Source of the DNA: an uncultured Thiotrichaceae bacterium
Lineage (GTDB): Bacteria; Pseudomonadota; Gammaproteobacteria; SZUA-229
Length of the DNA stretch: 37,837 nucleotides
Assembly: GCA_964485705.1 (NCBI GenBank)
Contig: CAZALW010000003.1
Coordinates: 1-37,837 of the forward strand
Reading direction: 5' to 3'
Shown here piece after piece: positions 1-9,161 of this stretch. Position 1 is the first letter of the stretch. The number at the start of each line of letters is the position of its first letter. The notes under the pieces are model-generated. The model made no database searches, was not told the DNA's origin, and saw nothing but the letters and a program-made list of their open reading frames with translations. A program made the translations under genes and the position numbers.

Positions 1-522
1 AAGCTGGATACAAATCTTAATCGAGTGCATTACCTTGAAATAAGCGTTGATGAATGGAAAAAATCGGCATTAACCTGTGGTGATCAGATATGTTTGGCAG
101 AAACACAATGTCAGGAATTGCGTAAAGAAAATAATGCCATGGAGCAAACACTTCAAAATTATTTAAATCAAAGTTGCTCATCCTGTGATAATCAGGATGT
201 ATGTGTATCAAATGGAAATCTAGCCGGTAGTTGCGTGCTTTATGTAGGTGGTCGTGACAAACAATGTGCTCATTTTCGCGCGCTGGTAGAAGACAAAAAT
301 GGTACATTTATACATCATGATGGTGGTTTAAATGATGGCAGTCAGCATTTAAATTCATTGTTACCGAAAGCTGATATGGTGTTTTGCCCAATTGATTGTA
401 TTAGTCATAATGCTGTTCATCGTGTCAGACAATTTTGCAATCGCACAGGAAAGCCACTGATTATTTTGAGGCGTGCCAGTCTTGCTGCCTTTGCCCGTGG
501 GTTAAACGAAGTTGTGGCATAA
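1..522 (+). CDS. DUF2325-domain protein; 5' end probably lies outside the window
   Basis: The ORF track gives 25..522 (GTG at 25), but the frame has no stop back to nt 1. The C-terminal half (VLYVGGR..HFRALVE..FIHHDGG..ADMVFCPIDCISHNA..GKPLIILRRASL) matches my memory of the DUF2325 signature. Confidence 0.5.
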   Translation, partial: KLDTNLNRVHYLEISVDEWKKSALTCGDQICLAETQCQELRKENNAMEQTLQNYLNQSCSSCDNQDVCVSNGNLAGSCVLYVGGRDKQCAHFRALVEDKNGTFIHHDGGLNDGSQHLNSLLPKADMVFCPIDCISHNAVHRVRQFCNRTGKPLIILRRASLAAFARGLNEVVA

Positions 523-600
523 CATAGAGGTTTTTTACTATTTTTTGGTTCGTTAATGGCACCGCCTTCCTGGCTCTTTGCGCCATAATTGCAAACATGG

Positions 601-658
601 CCGTCCATCCATGGACATAACGGCACAGGGAAGTGCCGTTATGTCCATGGATGGACGG
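601..658. repeat. REP-like perfect palindrome: 26-bp stem, 6-nt loop
   Basis: 601..626 (ccgtccatccatggacataacggcac) is the exact reverse complement of 633..658. The loop is agggaa. It lies in the intergenic region after the DUF2325 gene. Confidence 0.85.
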
Positions 659-861
659 TCCATTTTAACAATACGGGAAAATGCAGGAGAAATTTTCTTG
701 TAACGAATCAAAGGACGGAAAGAATAGGATTGAACGTAAGCCCCTAAGGGGTGATACGAATAATAGAATAATGATGAAGGTATCATTCGAATGAAGGCAG
801 ATTTAACATGTGGATAAGGCAAAAATAATGGATATGAAAGTGATAAAAGATTCAACCAGAC

Positions 862-1006
862 ATGAAAAATTACCGCTTACGGAAACTAAAAATTTTTTTC
901 TACCGACCTGTTCGGAGACAGCAATGAAATTATTATTATTATGCATGGAAAAGAACAATACCGTTTAAGAATAACCCGGCTGAATAAATTAATTTTAACG
1001 AAATAA
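862..1006 (+). pseudogene. hemP: hemP/hmuP-like hemin-uptake mini-protein, reading frame broken at a T7 run
   Basis: Frame 890..1006 reads KFFSTDLFGDSNEIIIIMHGKEQYRLRITRLNKLILTK-stop, which carries the HemP-type G..Y.LR.T...KLILTK tail. The only ATG (862) is in another frame. Deleting one T of T7 (893..899) fuses them into a 47-aa protein. Confidence 0.45.
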
Positions 1007-1134
1007 TGATGGTTTTCATGGATGCTTCCGGGCATAAGGATGTGCCGTTTTTAATTAATTTAATTCAGTTATTTAAAATAACAGGGTATAAATAAATTGT
1101 TGTGATTTAATTATTACTCCCTGCTAGATCATTA

Positions 1135-1416
1135 ATGCCTAAAGACAATATTATAAATATCATGATATTACATAATAGATCGTGCAAACATACTGTCGTG
1201 CAGTTAGAAATTGAGGTTGAAAAACTTGAAGTGTTGTTTAGTAATGGTGAATTATGTGTGTCTGATGTTCGTCCATTAAATAGTCAATCAAAATCAAGCT
1301 TATGGAATCTATGTCTGTCATCATGTGTAAAAAGGTTGCGCTGCAACATCATACATGTGGAATCACCAGGGCAGAACTCTTATAAAGTTAGTTGTAGTGG
1401 CTCAGACTTAACCTGA
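1135..1416 (+). CDS. hypothetical protein (93 aa)
   Basis: It is the only sizeable ORF in this gap, and a stem-loop overlaps its stop codon. I recognised no motif. Confidence 0.3.
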   Translation: MPKDNIINIMILHNRSCKHTVVQLEIEVEKLEVLFSNGELCVSDVRPLNSQSKSSLWNLCLSSCVKRLRCNIIHVESPGQNSYKVSCSGSDLT

Positions 1417-1438
1417 CAAAACGTGTCAGGTTTACTTA
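1410..1438 (+). terminator. candidate rho-independent terminator after the 93-aa ORF
   Basis: A 9-bp stem pairs aacctgaca (1410..1418) with tgtcaggtt (1424..1432), with a 5-nt loop. The tail that follows (tttacttat) is only weakly T-rich. Confidence 0.35.
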
Positions 1439-1500
1439 TCGTGCGAATGACTGCTTACGGTCATTAGCTGACTAACAAATGAGAATTTTTTAGCCGTGAA

Positions 1501-1822
1501 GAACGCAAAAAGCGCAAAGAAAAGCAAAACCTTTACTGTTTTATAGAGCCTTTCAGCACGGTCTACGGTCTAAAATTTAAAAATTTTTCCTGATTAGCCA
1601 TAATATTCAGTCTAACTGAAAGGCCTTAGTTCGTAAAATCATTTTTATTACTGTCATCTCGACCAGAGGGAGAGATCTTATACCACGGTAGTTCAAGATC
1701 TCTCCCTCTGGTCGAGATGACAGTAGCAAGTTAAGCTGTTGCTTTACAATGAAAATATAAATATAGCTGGCTCTCATGGCTAATCAGGAAATTTTCTGTT
1801 TTTTTGTGCTTTTTGCGTTGAC
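1501..1822. repeat. cluster of nested palindromic (REP/MITE-like) elements
   Basis: There are four concentric inverted-repeat pairs. The outermost is ~1502..1515 with ~1806..1819 (aacgcaaaaagcgc/gtgctttttgcgtt, 13 of 14). The next is 1586..1601 with 1776..1791 (16 bp). A separate pair is 1548..1556 with 1616..1624 (9 bp). The innermost is a perfect 31-bp stem, 1649..1679 with 1695..1725. Confidence 0.8.
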
Positions 1823-2052
1823 GTGCATGGATAGCACTAATGTCGCGGGCGCAAGGATGCGCAGGAGCGACCTTCGCGGCTAAAATTATTTTGATTCTAA
1901 ATGTCAGCTATGTGTCGAAACCGGTCGTAAAAATATCTGCTACTGCCTGTCAGACAGAGTGCTGACTTATGCCGCTTAGTATATAAAATAGTAACGTTTT
2001 TTTCGGCACATCCATGTGCCACTACTCATCTAAATCTCCAGGGTTAGCTTTT

Positions 2053-3207
2053 TTAAAACTGGTAACCCATACCTAGATTGAACCCATCACCTAAATTGCT
2101 AATTGTAGGGTCAGGTTCATTTTTAGCATCGTCATTCTGGATTTGCACATCAAACTTGAATACGATGTTTTCGTATGGCCAGTAGTTGAAGCCAGCATCT
2201 GTTTGGCTCTTGTCTATTCCGCGTTCTTGTGACCACTGGTTTTGCCTGACAAAAAATCCTAGTTTTGGTATTGGACGATAACTTAATTCCACATAGCCAC
2301 CATCCTGCTTGTCTTTACCCGCGGCTTTTGCAGCATCACCATCGACTGTCCACATGGCATACAAAGCTGTTGCTTTGAAATCGCCGAATTGGTAAATACC
2401 GTGGCCGCCTAGTAAATAAGCAGAGTCAGCGTAGGAGTTGATGGCGCTTTGATCCAGATCAGGTTGGTATTGTGCATAGGTAGCGATTTCCATTCCAGCT
2501 TTGCCGGTGTATTTTATACGGCCGGTAAGAGCAAGGTCATGCATATCAGCAAAAGAGGTTTTTTGTTTACCGCCTTTGAGGTTAAAGGGCTCGCTGTTTA
2601 GTGATACACTGGGATCATCTGTTTTTAAACCTTCAGAAAGAAAAACATCATAGCTTAAACCGTTAGCAAATCGGTGATTTAATGCGACACCGCCACCCCA
2701 CCACGTTGTTGGAATAATAGTCCTCTCGATAATCGGGCGTTGGGCACCGTAAAATGTTCCCGGCTCATGGGTTTCACTGATAATACCAATAGGCATCAGA
2801 ATAATACCTGTTTTTAAAGATATATTATCTTGCAGATCAAACTCCAGGTAGGCTTGCTCCAGTTCGACAGCGCCACGACTACTTGCACTAACAAAGGTAT
2901 TTTCGACTTCAAGTTCTGAAACAAAGCGAGCTTTGTCGTTAAAGTCATAGCCAAAAAACATCACAAAGCGGCGGAAGTTTAACTCGATGTCATCAACACC
3001 ATTTCGATCAAGGTTGTGATAAAGCAGCTCGCCATAACCACCGATATGCACTTTTGACTCAGAATTGGATTCGCTGGATTCATAAGCGGCGGCTAATGCT
3101 TCGACCTGTTCTTCCAGTGCTTCAATGCGTTGCTGATCAGTCTGTGCCAGCAGTGGTTGACTGAACAGGCAGGCGGCAATTGCAGTACAAAGTTTTGATG
3201 CTTTCAT
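2053..3207 (-). CDS. outer-membrane porin with N-terminal coiled-coil segment
   Basis: I chose the internal start MKASKL (CAT at 3205..3207) because a signal peptide follows it (..LFSQPLLAQT). Next comes the heptad-like DQQRIEALEEQVEALAAA. The rest is beta-strand-like alternating sequence with a C-terminal aromatic end, GMGYQF. It is the last gene of the imelysin operon. Confidence 0.65.
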   Translation of the reverse strand: MKASKLCTAIAACLFSQPLLAQTDQQRIEALEEQVEALAAAYESSESNSESKVHIGGYGELLYHNLDRNGVDDIELNFRRFVMFFGYDFNDKARFVSELEVENTFVSASSRGAVELEQAYLEFDLQDNISLKTGIILMPIGIISETHEPGTFYGAQRPIIERTIIPTTWWGGGVALNHRFANGLSYDVFLSEGLKTDDPSVSLNSEPFNLKGGKQKTSFADMHDLALTGRIKYTGKAGMEIATYAQYQPDLDQSAINSYADSAYLLGGHGIYQFGDFKATALYAMWTVDGDAAKAAGKDKQDGGYVELSYRPIPKLGFFVRQNQWSQERGIDKSQTDAGFNYWPYENIVFKFDVQIQNDDAKNEPDPTISNLGDGFNLGMGYQF

Positions 3208-3366
3208 GGTGTTACCCTGTTTTGTTTTGTTTAATTTATAATGTATAACTATTTCTAAATAAGAACCTTGCATGAGAAGTGCAATGTTCTTTAAGTATTT
3301 ATTTATGTTTGGCAGCTATATGAGATGAATTGATCTGCCAGGTAGTTTGCCTGGATGTGGCGCAGA

Positions 3367-4461
3367 TTAATCCCCATCAGTAAAAACAATACCCAGTGTG
3401 ACATTAAGGCTGTTTGGAATTTCCCGTTTAAAATTGCCATCAAGTAAGCCGATAGAAATTGTCAGTTCACTGCGGTTTTCAGCAATAGCTGCCTGTTTTG
3501 CCGTGTTTAAATTCGCTTTAACAATGTCTACCTGCTCAGAAAAACCGCCTGATAGCATGTGATTGAAGAAGCTATAGCTATCTTCATTAACACCTTGCAA
3601 CAGGCTTTCTATCGCATCCAGACTTGCCAGGATGTTTTGGTAGAAATAGTCTGCAATTTGCGCGTCTAATATTGCTTCGAGCTTGCGTTTTTTCAGATAG
3701 TCAAGGTGCTGTTGAATGACGGTTATTAATGCTGGCACAGATTCTGCGCCATCTGCTAGTTCGCTATTAACTAAAATAGTTTTAAAAGGTTTGCCAGTGT
3801 CTAGATGGTTGACTAACCAGCCGTGCTCAACCTCACTGGCATGACGTTCCAACAATGCGGTCATGCCAGTTAGGTATTCGCATTTTCTGTTGTTATGTGC
3901 CTTATAATCACTAATAATAAGGCTCAAATCTGTGGCATTGGTACCGCCGCTTTCTTCAAAAATTAACACTTCAAGTGCCAGCATACCGACATGGTTAAAG
4001 TTCAAACTATTAAAATAGTTTTGATCCAGTAGTGTGGCATCGCTTAATCTGGTTGCAAGCCCGGTACGTACCGTCGAAGTGTAGTTTGTGCCGCGTAAAC
4101 GCATGGATTCTATAAAATTAATTTTAGGATCAAATAAATTGTCGTTTAACGGTCCGATGTTAAACATGGCGATTTCATTCCATTGTAAAGAAAGTGTTTT
4201 CCACTGGTTTTGCAATGCGGTCAGGTTATCCCGATTTATGCTGTCAGCCGGGTTACTGCAAAAAGTGTTTACTTTGGTTTGCAGTAATTCACTTTCTGTT
4301 TTAAAAGAAGATATGCCTGGCAGGATGTTTTTCTCAATGGCATTGTTTAAGGCAATATTTAATGAGTCGGCTGAGCCTGGTGCAGGCAGGTCATTTTCAC
4401 GCTGGCTTTCACAGGCACTTATTAGCGTAAAGCAAAGGGCAATTAGAAATAGTTTCGTCAT
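3367..4461 (-). CDS. imelysin-like lipoprotein (short paralogue)
   Basis: It has a lipobox (LISAC). Its size, helical composition and position match the second imelysin-like gene of known imelysin/DUF1111/DUF1513 loci. The family call rests mainly on context. Confidence 0.5.
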   Translation of the reverse strand: MTKLFLIALCFTLISACESQRENDLPAPGSADSLNIALNNAIEKNILPGISSFKTESELLQTKVNTFCSNPADSINRDNLTALQNQWKTLSLQWNEIAMFNIGPLNDNLFDPKINFIESMRLRGTNYTSTVRTGLATRLSDATLLDQNYFNSLNFNHVGMLALEVLIFEESGGTNATDLSLIISDYKAHNNRKCEYLTGMTALLERHASEVEHGWLVNHLDTGKPFKTILVNSELADGAESVPALITVIQQHLDYLKKRKLEAILDAQIADYFYQNILASLDAIESLLQGVNEDSYSFFNHMLSGGFSEQVDIVKANLNTAKQAAIAENRSELTISIGLLDGNFKREIPNSLNVTLGIVFTDGD

Positions 4462-4497
4462 GGTGTAACCGTAAAAGTTATGTTGGTGGTGTTGATT

Positions 4498-5652
4498 TTA
4501 TATAGATGCACTTATCATGTGGTTGTCCCAATAAAAATTGGTGAATCGCAGACGTGCAGATTTATTTTCTTTTAGGCTGAAGGCATCAAGCTGGCGTATT
4601 TCACCCAGTGAATTACTGACAATAAAATGTTTTTGATCACGTGAGACACACAAACCGCAGACATCAACTAATTGGTGGTAGCCGGTAAAGTCACCGCTAT
4701 CCATATTCCAGAAAGCAACTAGATTGCCTTTTGGACTGGTAAAACCGGCAATTCGAGATAAATTGTTAATGGCAGCGCTACCGATGTAATCAAGCATTTT
4801 TTCATTGATGATGGGCGGCTCGTGGAATAACTCAATGGCTTTTCCGGGTTGATGAACACCGGCCAGTGGTACGACTTTTTCATGATTAAGCGCTTCACGC
4901 TGAACCTGCATGGCAAGTGTAACAGTGCCATCATCGGCCACGTCAAGATGGCGAATACTGGCTTTGGCTTCGCTAACTTTAAATGTGTCCAGCTTTTTTG
5001 CAGAGGGTAAATCAATATAAGTCAGGTTGGAACTCATGCTTTTCAGATTGAGTTTTTTACGACCAGTTTCAGGACGAGTGTGTATGCCACCGTTTGCTAC
5101 TACCATGGTTTTACCATCAGGCAATAGTTTAATTTCATGTGGACCAATGCCGTAACTCTCTATTTCATCCAGTTGTTTATAGCTCTGCGTATCGCGAACA
5201 ACAATCTTGCCTTTACCAGTGGTTGAGTCGGCTTCAGCAGTAAACAGGGTTTTGCCATCGTGGCTAAAACAGCCATGGCCTTGCAGGTTTCTGTTTTTTG
5301 CCACCTCAAAACGGTGTTTGATATTACCGGTAAGCAGATCTATTTCCATACCAACTTTTCCTGGTCGGCGTGCGAATAAAATGACTGATTTTTTTTGCAC
5401 AGGATTTTGTGCCAGACCGTGACCTCGAAAACCGGTTGATATTGTTTGTAAAGCAGCTTGCGTAGTGTCATGTTTTTTGTTGATAGTGGTTAAGCTGTAA
5501 CTGTCTGCCTGATTGCCTTGAGCGGAAACAAAATATTCTTTTGTGCTGGTGTCAAATTTTGCTGATGATTTCGCCAGTAATGCAGGCGAAAAACCGGCAG
5601 CAATAACACTGGCTAAGAATTGTCTGCGCTTAATTAATGGTTTTTTCATCAT
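4498..5652 (-). CDS. Tat-exported DUF1513-like periplasmic protein
   Basis: It has a twin-arginine signal (KRRQFLASVIAAG). Its ~380-aa repeat-rich beta-type sequence and its genomic context fit DUF1513. Confidence 0.55.
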   Translation of the reverse strand: MMKKPLIKRRQFLASVIAAGFSPALLAKSSAKFDTSTKEYFVSAQGNQADSYSLTTINKKHDTTQAALQTISTGFRGHGLAQNPVQKKSVILFARRPGKVGMEIDLLTGNIKHRFEVAKNRNLQGHGCFSHDGKTLFTAEADSTTGKGKIVVRDTQSYKQLDEIESYGIGPHEIKLLPDGKTMVVANGGIHTRPETGRKKLNLKSMSSNLTYIDLPSAKKLDTFKVSEAKASIRHLDVADDGTVTLAMQVQREALNHEKVVPLAGVHQPGKAIELFHEPPIINEKMLDYIGSAAINNLSRIAGFTSPKGNLVAFWNMDSGDFTGYHQLVDVCGLCVSRDQKHFIVSNSLGEIRQLDAFSLKENKSARLRFTNFYWDNHMISASI

Positions 5653-5761
5653 ATTTTTTTCAGAGTGATATTTCTATGGTTTTCTACTCTTAGGCTTATT
5701 GCCGATACATTCTTGAGCCATTGAAGAGACTGTGTTGTTCATAAAGGTGCTACTGTTAAGC

Positions 5762-7291
5762 CTACAGCGAGCGCACAAATGCCATTAATGCCAGGCGTTG
5801 TTGTTTATCAAGCCGGGCAAATAAGTTTTTACTGTTTTCAGCTTCTCCGCCATGCCAGAGTATCGCTTCTTCAATACTTCGAGCGCGACCATCATGTAAT
5901 AAATTTTTGCTGCCATTCACTGCCTGACCAAGACCTACGCTCCACAGTGGGGCTGTTCGCCATTCCGAGCCCGTGGCTAAATAGTCAGGGCGACCGTCAG
6001 CAAGTCCTGCACCCATGTCGTGAAGTAATAAGTCGGTATAGGGCCAGACTTCCTGTTCTGAAAGGTGCGGGAATTCTTTATTATTTCCTGTGACATAGCT
6101 GGGTGTGTGGCAACTGTGGCATTTTGTCTGATAAAACAGCTCACGACCTTGCAGCACTGTTGGGTGGTCAGGCTTTCGCCTTTCTGGCACAGCAATTGAC
6201 ATATTAAAATCAACCATCAGGGTCAATAATTGTTCCGATATTTCAAAACCATCTTTATTATTGCCATGAACGCTGGTGTTACACAGCACTTGTTGCTCGG
6301 TACAGGGTTGATCGGGAAACACGGGGTTGCTGATGCCCATGTCACCCTGTAACGCCCCCGCTACCTGAAAACGGACGCTGGCTTTGTTGGCTTTTAAGCC
6401 AAAACGTCCGGCTCGTGGTTGACTGGTTTCAAAATCCCATGTCATATTAACGCGACCGGAAATGCCATCCTGGTTTTCATCTAAAGGATCGGCATTTTTA
6501 TTTATATCAGTCTGCTTTATCATCTCCAATAAGCCGACACCGTGAATGGGCGGGGCATTACGCAGGCTGATTAATGTTTCCGGGTGCATGTCGCCATAAC
6601 CCAGGTTGTGAATGACTATTTCTGGCTTGCGTAAGTTAGCGACATCGCCATCCGGGTAGGTGTAGGTACTCTCCACCCAGTTAATATAAATAAAACCTTC
6701 CGGTGGCACTTCTTTACCATCAATGCCGGTAGGCTTGTCCGCTGATAATTGGTGAGGGTTAAGCTGGTGAGACAGGGCAGTGGACTGTGATTGTAATTGA
6801 TCGCCATATATTGGCTCGGGAATAACGCCATGTATCGGCTCAAAACCGGGAATGCTCAGGCGTAAAAAATGGGTAAAGTTTAATTGCTGGTCTTTTTCTG
6901 GCATGTGACCTCTGCCGCCATTGGCGTGGCATACCAGACAGGTTCTTGTGTTGTAGAGCGGGCCGAGACCATCACGTGCATCGGTGATAGTGGGGGCTTT
7001 TATCCAGGGTTGGTGTGCTAATGCCTTGCCAGCATGAAAATCAGCAATTTTATCTATTGCCAGGTTATTTGCAGGCAGCATTAATGATGGCATAGGTTTA
7101 ATGCTAACCGTGGTATCGCCACCCGGTCTGAGTTCGGCGGCTTTAAATGCAGGTACAGCGTTATTGTCAGGTGCCAATATTATCAGGCTAACGATAATGG
7201 CAGATATGAGACTTAATATTATATATAGTGCTGGCTTGTTCATCGGACTGACTATAGAAAAAGATAATGCGGGAATGAAATGACCCTGCAA
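5762..7291 (-). CDS. di-haem cytochrome c, DUF1111 / thiol-oxidoreductase-like
   Basis: It has two CxxCH motifs (CLVCHANGG and CHSCHTP). An N-terminal membrane anchor or signal is present. An alternative start, MNKPALY, lies at 7243. Confidence 0.7.
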   Translation of the reverse strand: MQGHFIPALSFSIVSPMNKPALYIILSLISAIIVSLIILAPDNNAVPAFKAAELRPGGDTTVSIKPMPSLMLPANNLAIDKIADFHAGKALAHQPWIKAPTITDARDGLGPLYNTRTCLVCHANGGRGHMPEKDQQLNFTHFLRLSIPGFEPIHGVIPEPIYGDQLQSQSTALSHQLNPHQLSADKPTGIDGKEVPPEGFIYINWVESTYTYPDGDVANLRKPEIVIHNLGYGDMHPETLISLRNAPPIHGVGLLEMIKQTDINKNADPLDENQDGISGRVNMTWDFETSQPRAGRFGLKANKASVRFQVAGALQGDMGISNPVFPDQPCTEQQVLCNTSVHGNNKDGFEISEQLLTLMVDFNMSIAVPERRKPDHPTVLQGRELFYQTKCHSCHTPSYVTGNNKEFPHLSEQEVWPYTDLLLHDMGAGLADGRPDYLATGSEWRTAPLWSVGLGQAVNGSKNLLHDGRARSIEEAILWHGGEAENSKNLFARLDKQQRLALMAFVRSL

Positions 7292-7330
7292 GGAAATAAT
7301 TTGGGCAAAAAGACCCTGAAAAGATAAGGT

Positions 7331-7369
7331 TACAAACAGCCAGGGCTAAATTAACCCCGGCTGTTTGTA
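7331..7369 (-). terminator. strong hairpin (terminator/attenuator) between imelysin and DUF1111 genes
   Basis: An 11-bp stem pairs tacaaacagcc with ggctgtttgta, extendable via ggg/ccc. On the minus-strand RNA it is followed by ACCUUAUCUUUUC. It lies 25 nt after the imelysin stop. Confidence 0.4.
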
Positions 7370-7393
7370 GCTAAAAACCTACCTGGCCAGTGT

Positions 7394-8935
7394 TTATGGG
7401 CACACGGCTGTTGGGTCTGTGGTATCACATTCAGTGGCACCGGGATCGTTAACATCAGTGGCTGAACCCACATTAAGGTCAGTTGCTATCTTCGCAATGA
7501 CGATAGACTGAGCATTCAGTGACAGAATGGCATCTCTCATCGGTTTTGCATTGTCGCTGTTTTTATCCATAATCAATACGTCCACTGGAAAGCCAGCACG
7601 TGCTTTTGTGTCAATTGCTTCGTAGTTGATTTTTGTGAGGGCAAAGGCACCACTTACACTGGTTGCCAATAGTGTCTGACCACCTAGATCGACCAGGTAA
7701 TCATCAATGCCGTAACCATCAACCGCTCTGCTTGTATTGTCTGCAGTGCCATTAAGCGTGCTGTCATAACCTGCATAAGTACCGGTATACATATTGGCGA
7801 CACCTTCTGCATTCAACCAGATATCACGATGGGTGTTATCAGAAAAACAGGAGTGTTCATCTTCCTGAGAATTAGCGGACAGTGATATTTGCATACGTTC
7901 GCCAGCCAGTTCACCAACAGACATTGTGCCCATGCCGGTCAAAATTTCCAGAAAACTTTTTTCGGCTGCTGTTAAATTAGCCGGGTTGGTGAAGGTATCG
8001 CGGTAGTTGTCTGCGACACCATCTTGCCAGTGATCGCGTACAAATTTCAGATCGTCGATCAATTTATCAACAGCGACAAGCAGGTAATCATGACGACGTT
8101 GGCAGATAACCGATGATGCAGCCAGGGTGTTTATGCCGCTGGTGCATGTTGCATCAAGCATGAAATCGGTAAAAGGGCGTTTGCCACCCGTTGCCAGGTT
8201 ACTCGCATCATGTGTTTTAACAGCTGAATCACGGTCAGTACCTGAAGTCTCGGTTCCTGAATTATTCAGATCCTGCCCCCAAAGTATAAATTCGATAGCA
8301 TGGTAGCCGGAAATAACGTCATGCTCATCTGCGGCTGTCGCTGAATTATCAAGCAGTGCTGCGTTGATAGTAATACTGGTGTTGCCAATAATGTTGTCTG
8401 CTGAGTTAGCATTTGCATGAGCAGCATCGATGGGGGAAGTAATGCCGGTAACGGCATGTGCAGTAACACCAACTTCTGCATTACCAAAATCCGTGGTGCT
8501 TGCCTGTACATAATCAATTAATGCTTCACCTAGTGGCCATGCATTTAAACTACCTTCCGGGCCATCTTCGGCTTCTGCCGTATCCGGATTATCATCGATG
8601 GGACTATTACGAAAACGATACGCTTCGGTTTGGCCATAAGGTTCACGGGCAATCAACCATGCTGTTTTAGCAACATCCAAAGTAGTTTGCGATGGGTTAG
8701 CTGCCAATGCATCTATTGCAGATTTAAGTGCCTCAGCAGTGCTAACTGAATCAGAATAGCTGGCAAAAGCAATATCTGCATTGGTTTCCAGTACTTTTTT
8801 CAGGTTGGTTAAATCGTGGGTTACGCTGCCGGTGTCTGTTTGTATGCTATCAGAGCTTGAGCCACAACCGGTGAGAATCAGTGATGAAAAGACGGCGACT
8901 GCCATTAGTTTTAGCTTCATTGGTTTTAACTTCAT
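7394..8935 (-). CDS. imelysin / iron-regulated-protein-A-like lipoprotein
   Basis: It has a lipobox (LILTGCGSS). The motif GYHAIEFILWGQD matches the imelysin GxHxxE signature. Confidence 0.7.
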   Translation of the reverse strand: MKLKPMKLKLMAVAVFSSLILTGCGSSSDSIQTDTGSVTHDLTNLKKVLETNADIAFASYSDSVSTAEALKSAIDALAANPSQTTLDVAKTAWLIAREPYGQTEAYRFRNSPIDDNPDTAEAEDGPEGSLNAWPLGEALIDYVQASTTDFGNAEVGVTAHAVTGITSPIDAAHANANSADNIIGNTSITINAALLDNSATAADEHDVISGYHAIEFILWGQDLNNSGTETSGTDRDSAVKTHDASNLATGGKRPFTDFMLDATCTSGINTLAASSVICQRRHDYLLVAVDKLIDDLKFVRDHWQDGVADNYRDTFTNPANLTAAEKSFLEILTGMGTMSVGELAGERMQISLSANSQEDEHSCFSDNTHRDIWLNAEGVANMYTGTYAGYDSTLNGTADNTSRAVDGYGIDDYLVDLGGQTLLATSVSGAFALTKINYEAIDTKARAGFPVDVLIMDKNSDNAKPMRDAILSLNAQSIVIAKIATDLNVGSATDVNDPGATECDTTDPTAVCP

Positions 8936-9008
8936 TGTTTTTAGTCCTTCAGAACATGTTTTACGTTTAATTTATAGTCAGGATTGATTTAGAAGGGTTA
9001 GCTTATAT

Positions 9009-9027
9009 GAGAATGAGAACGATTGTC
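9009..9027. promoter_or_regulatory. candidate Fur box in the divergent promoter region
   Basis: GAGAATGAGAACGATTGTC matches 14 of 19 positions of GATAATGATAATCATTATC. It lies between the imelysin start (8935) and the peroxidase start (9162). Confidence 0.35.
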
Positions 9028-9161
9028 AATAAGATTATTATTACTATTAATTGATATTTGTCAATTACATTTAGTTGAGTTTATGCAATATTTAGCTTGC
9101 TGTGTATAAATGCCATTAGGGGTATTTGCGATAGAGAAAATACAAATGAGAGTTTATTATT

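Noticed and set aside
770-787. Fur-like dyad AATGAT-N6-ATCATT upstream of the hemP-like ORF
   Set aside because: The half-sites are right, but the spacing is 6 nt instead of 1 and the overall match to the 19-bp consensus is poor. It is too weak in AT-rich DNA.
553-855. 100-aa minus-strand ORF
   Set aside because: It runs straight through the 58-nt REP palindrome. It has odd S/Y/P/F-rich composition, no RBS and no recognisable motif, so it is probably a repeat-generated shadow ORF.
1135-1416. Assigning a function (e.g. a regulator linked to hemP) to the 93-aa ORF
   Set aside because: I recognised no motif, so it stays as a low-confidence hypothetical only.
2005-2020. GGCACATCCATGTGCC as the porin terminator
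   Set aside because: The 7-bp arms leave only a 2-nt centre, which is too small for an RNA loop. On the porin (minus) strand an A-run follows, not a U-run. It more likely belongs to the dispersed repeat family.
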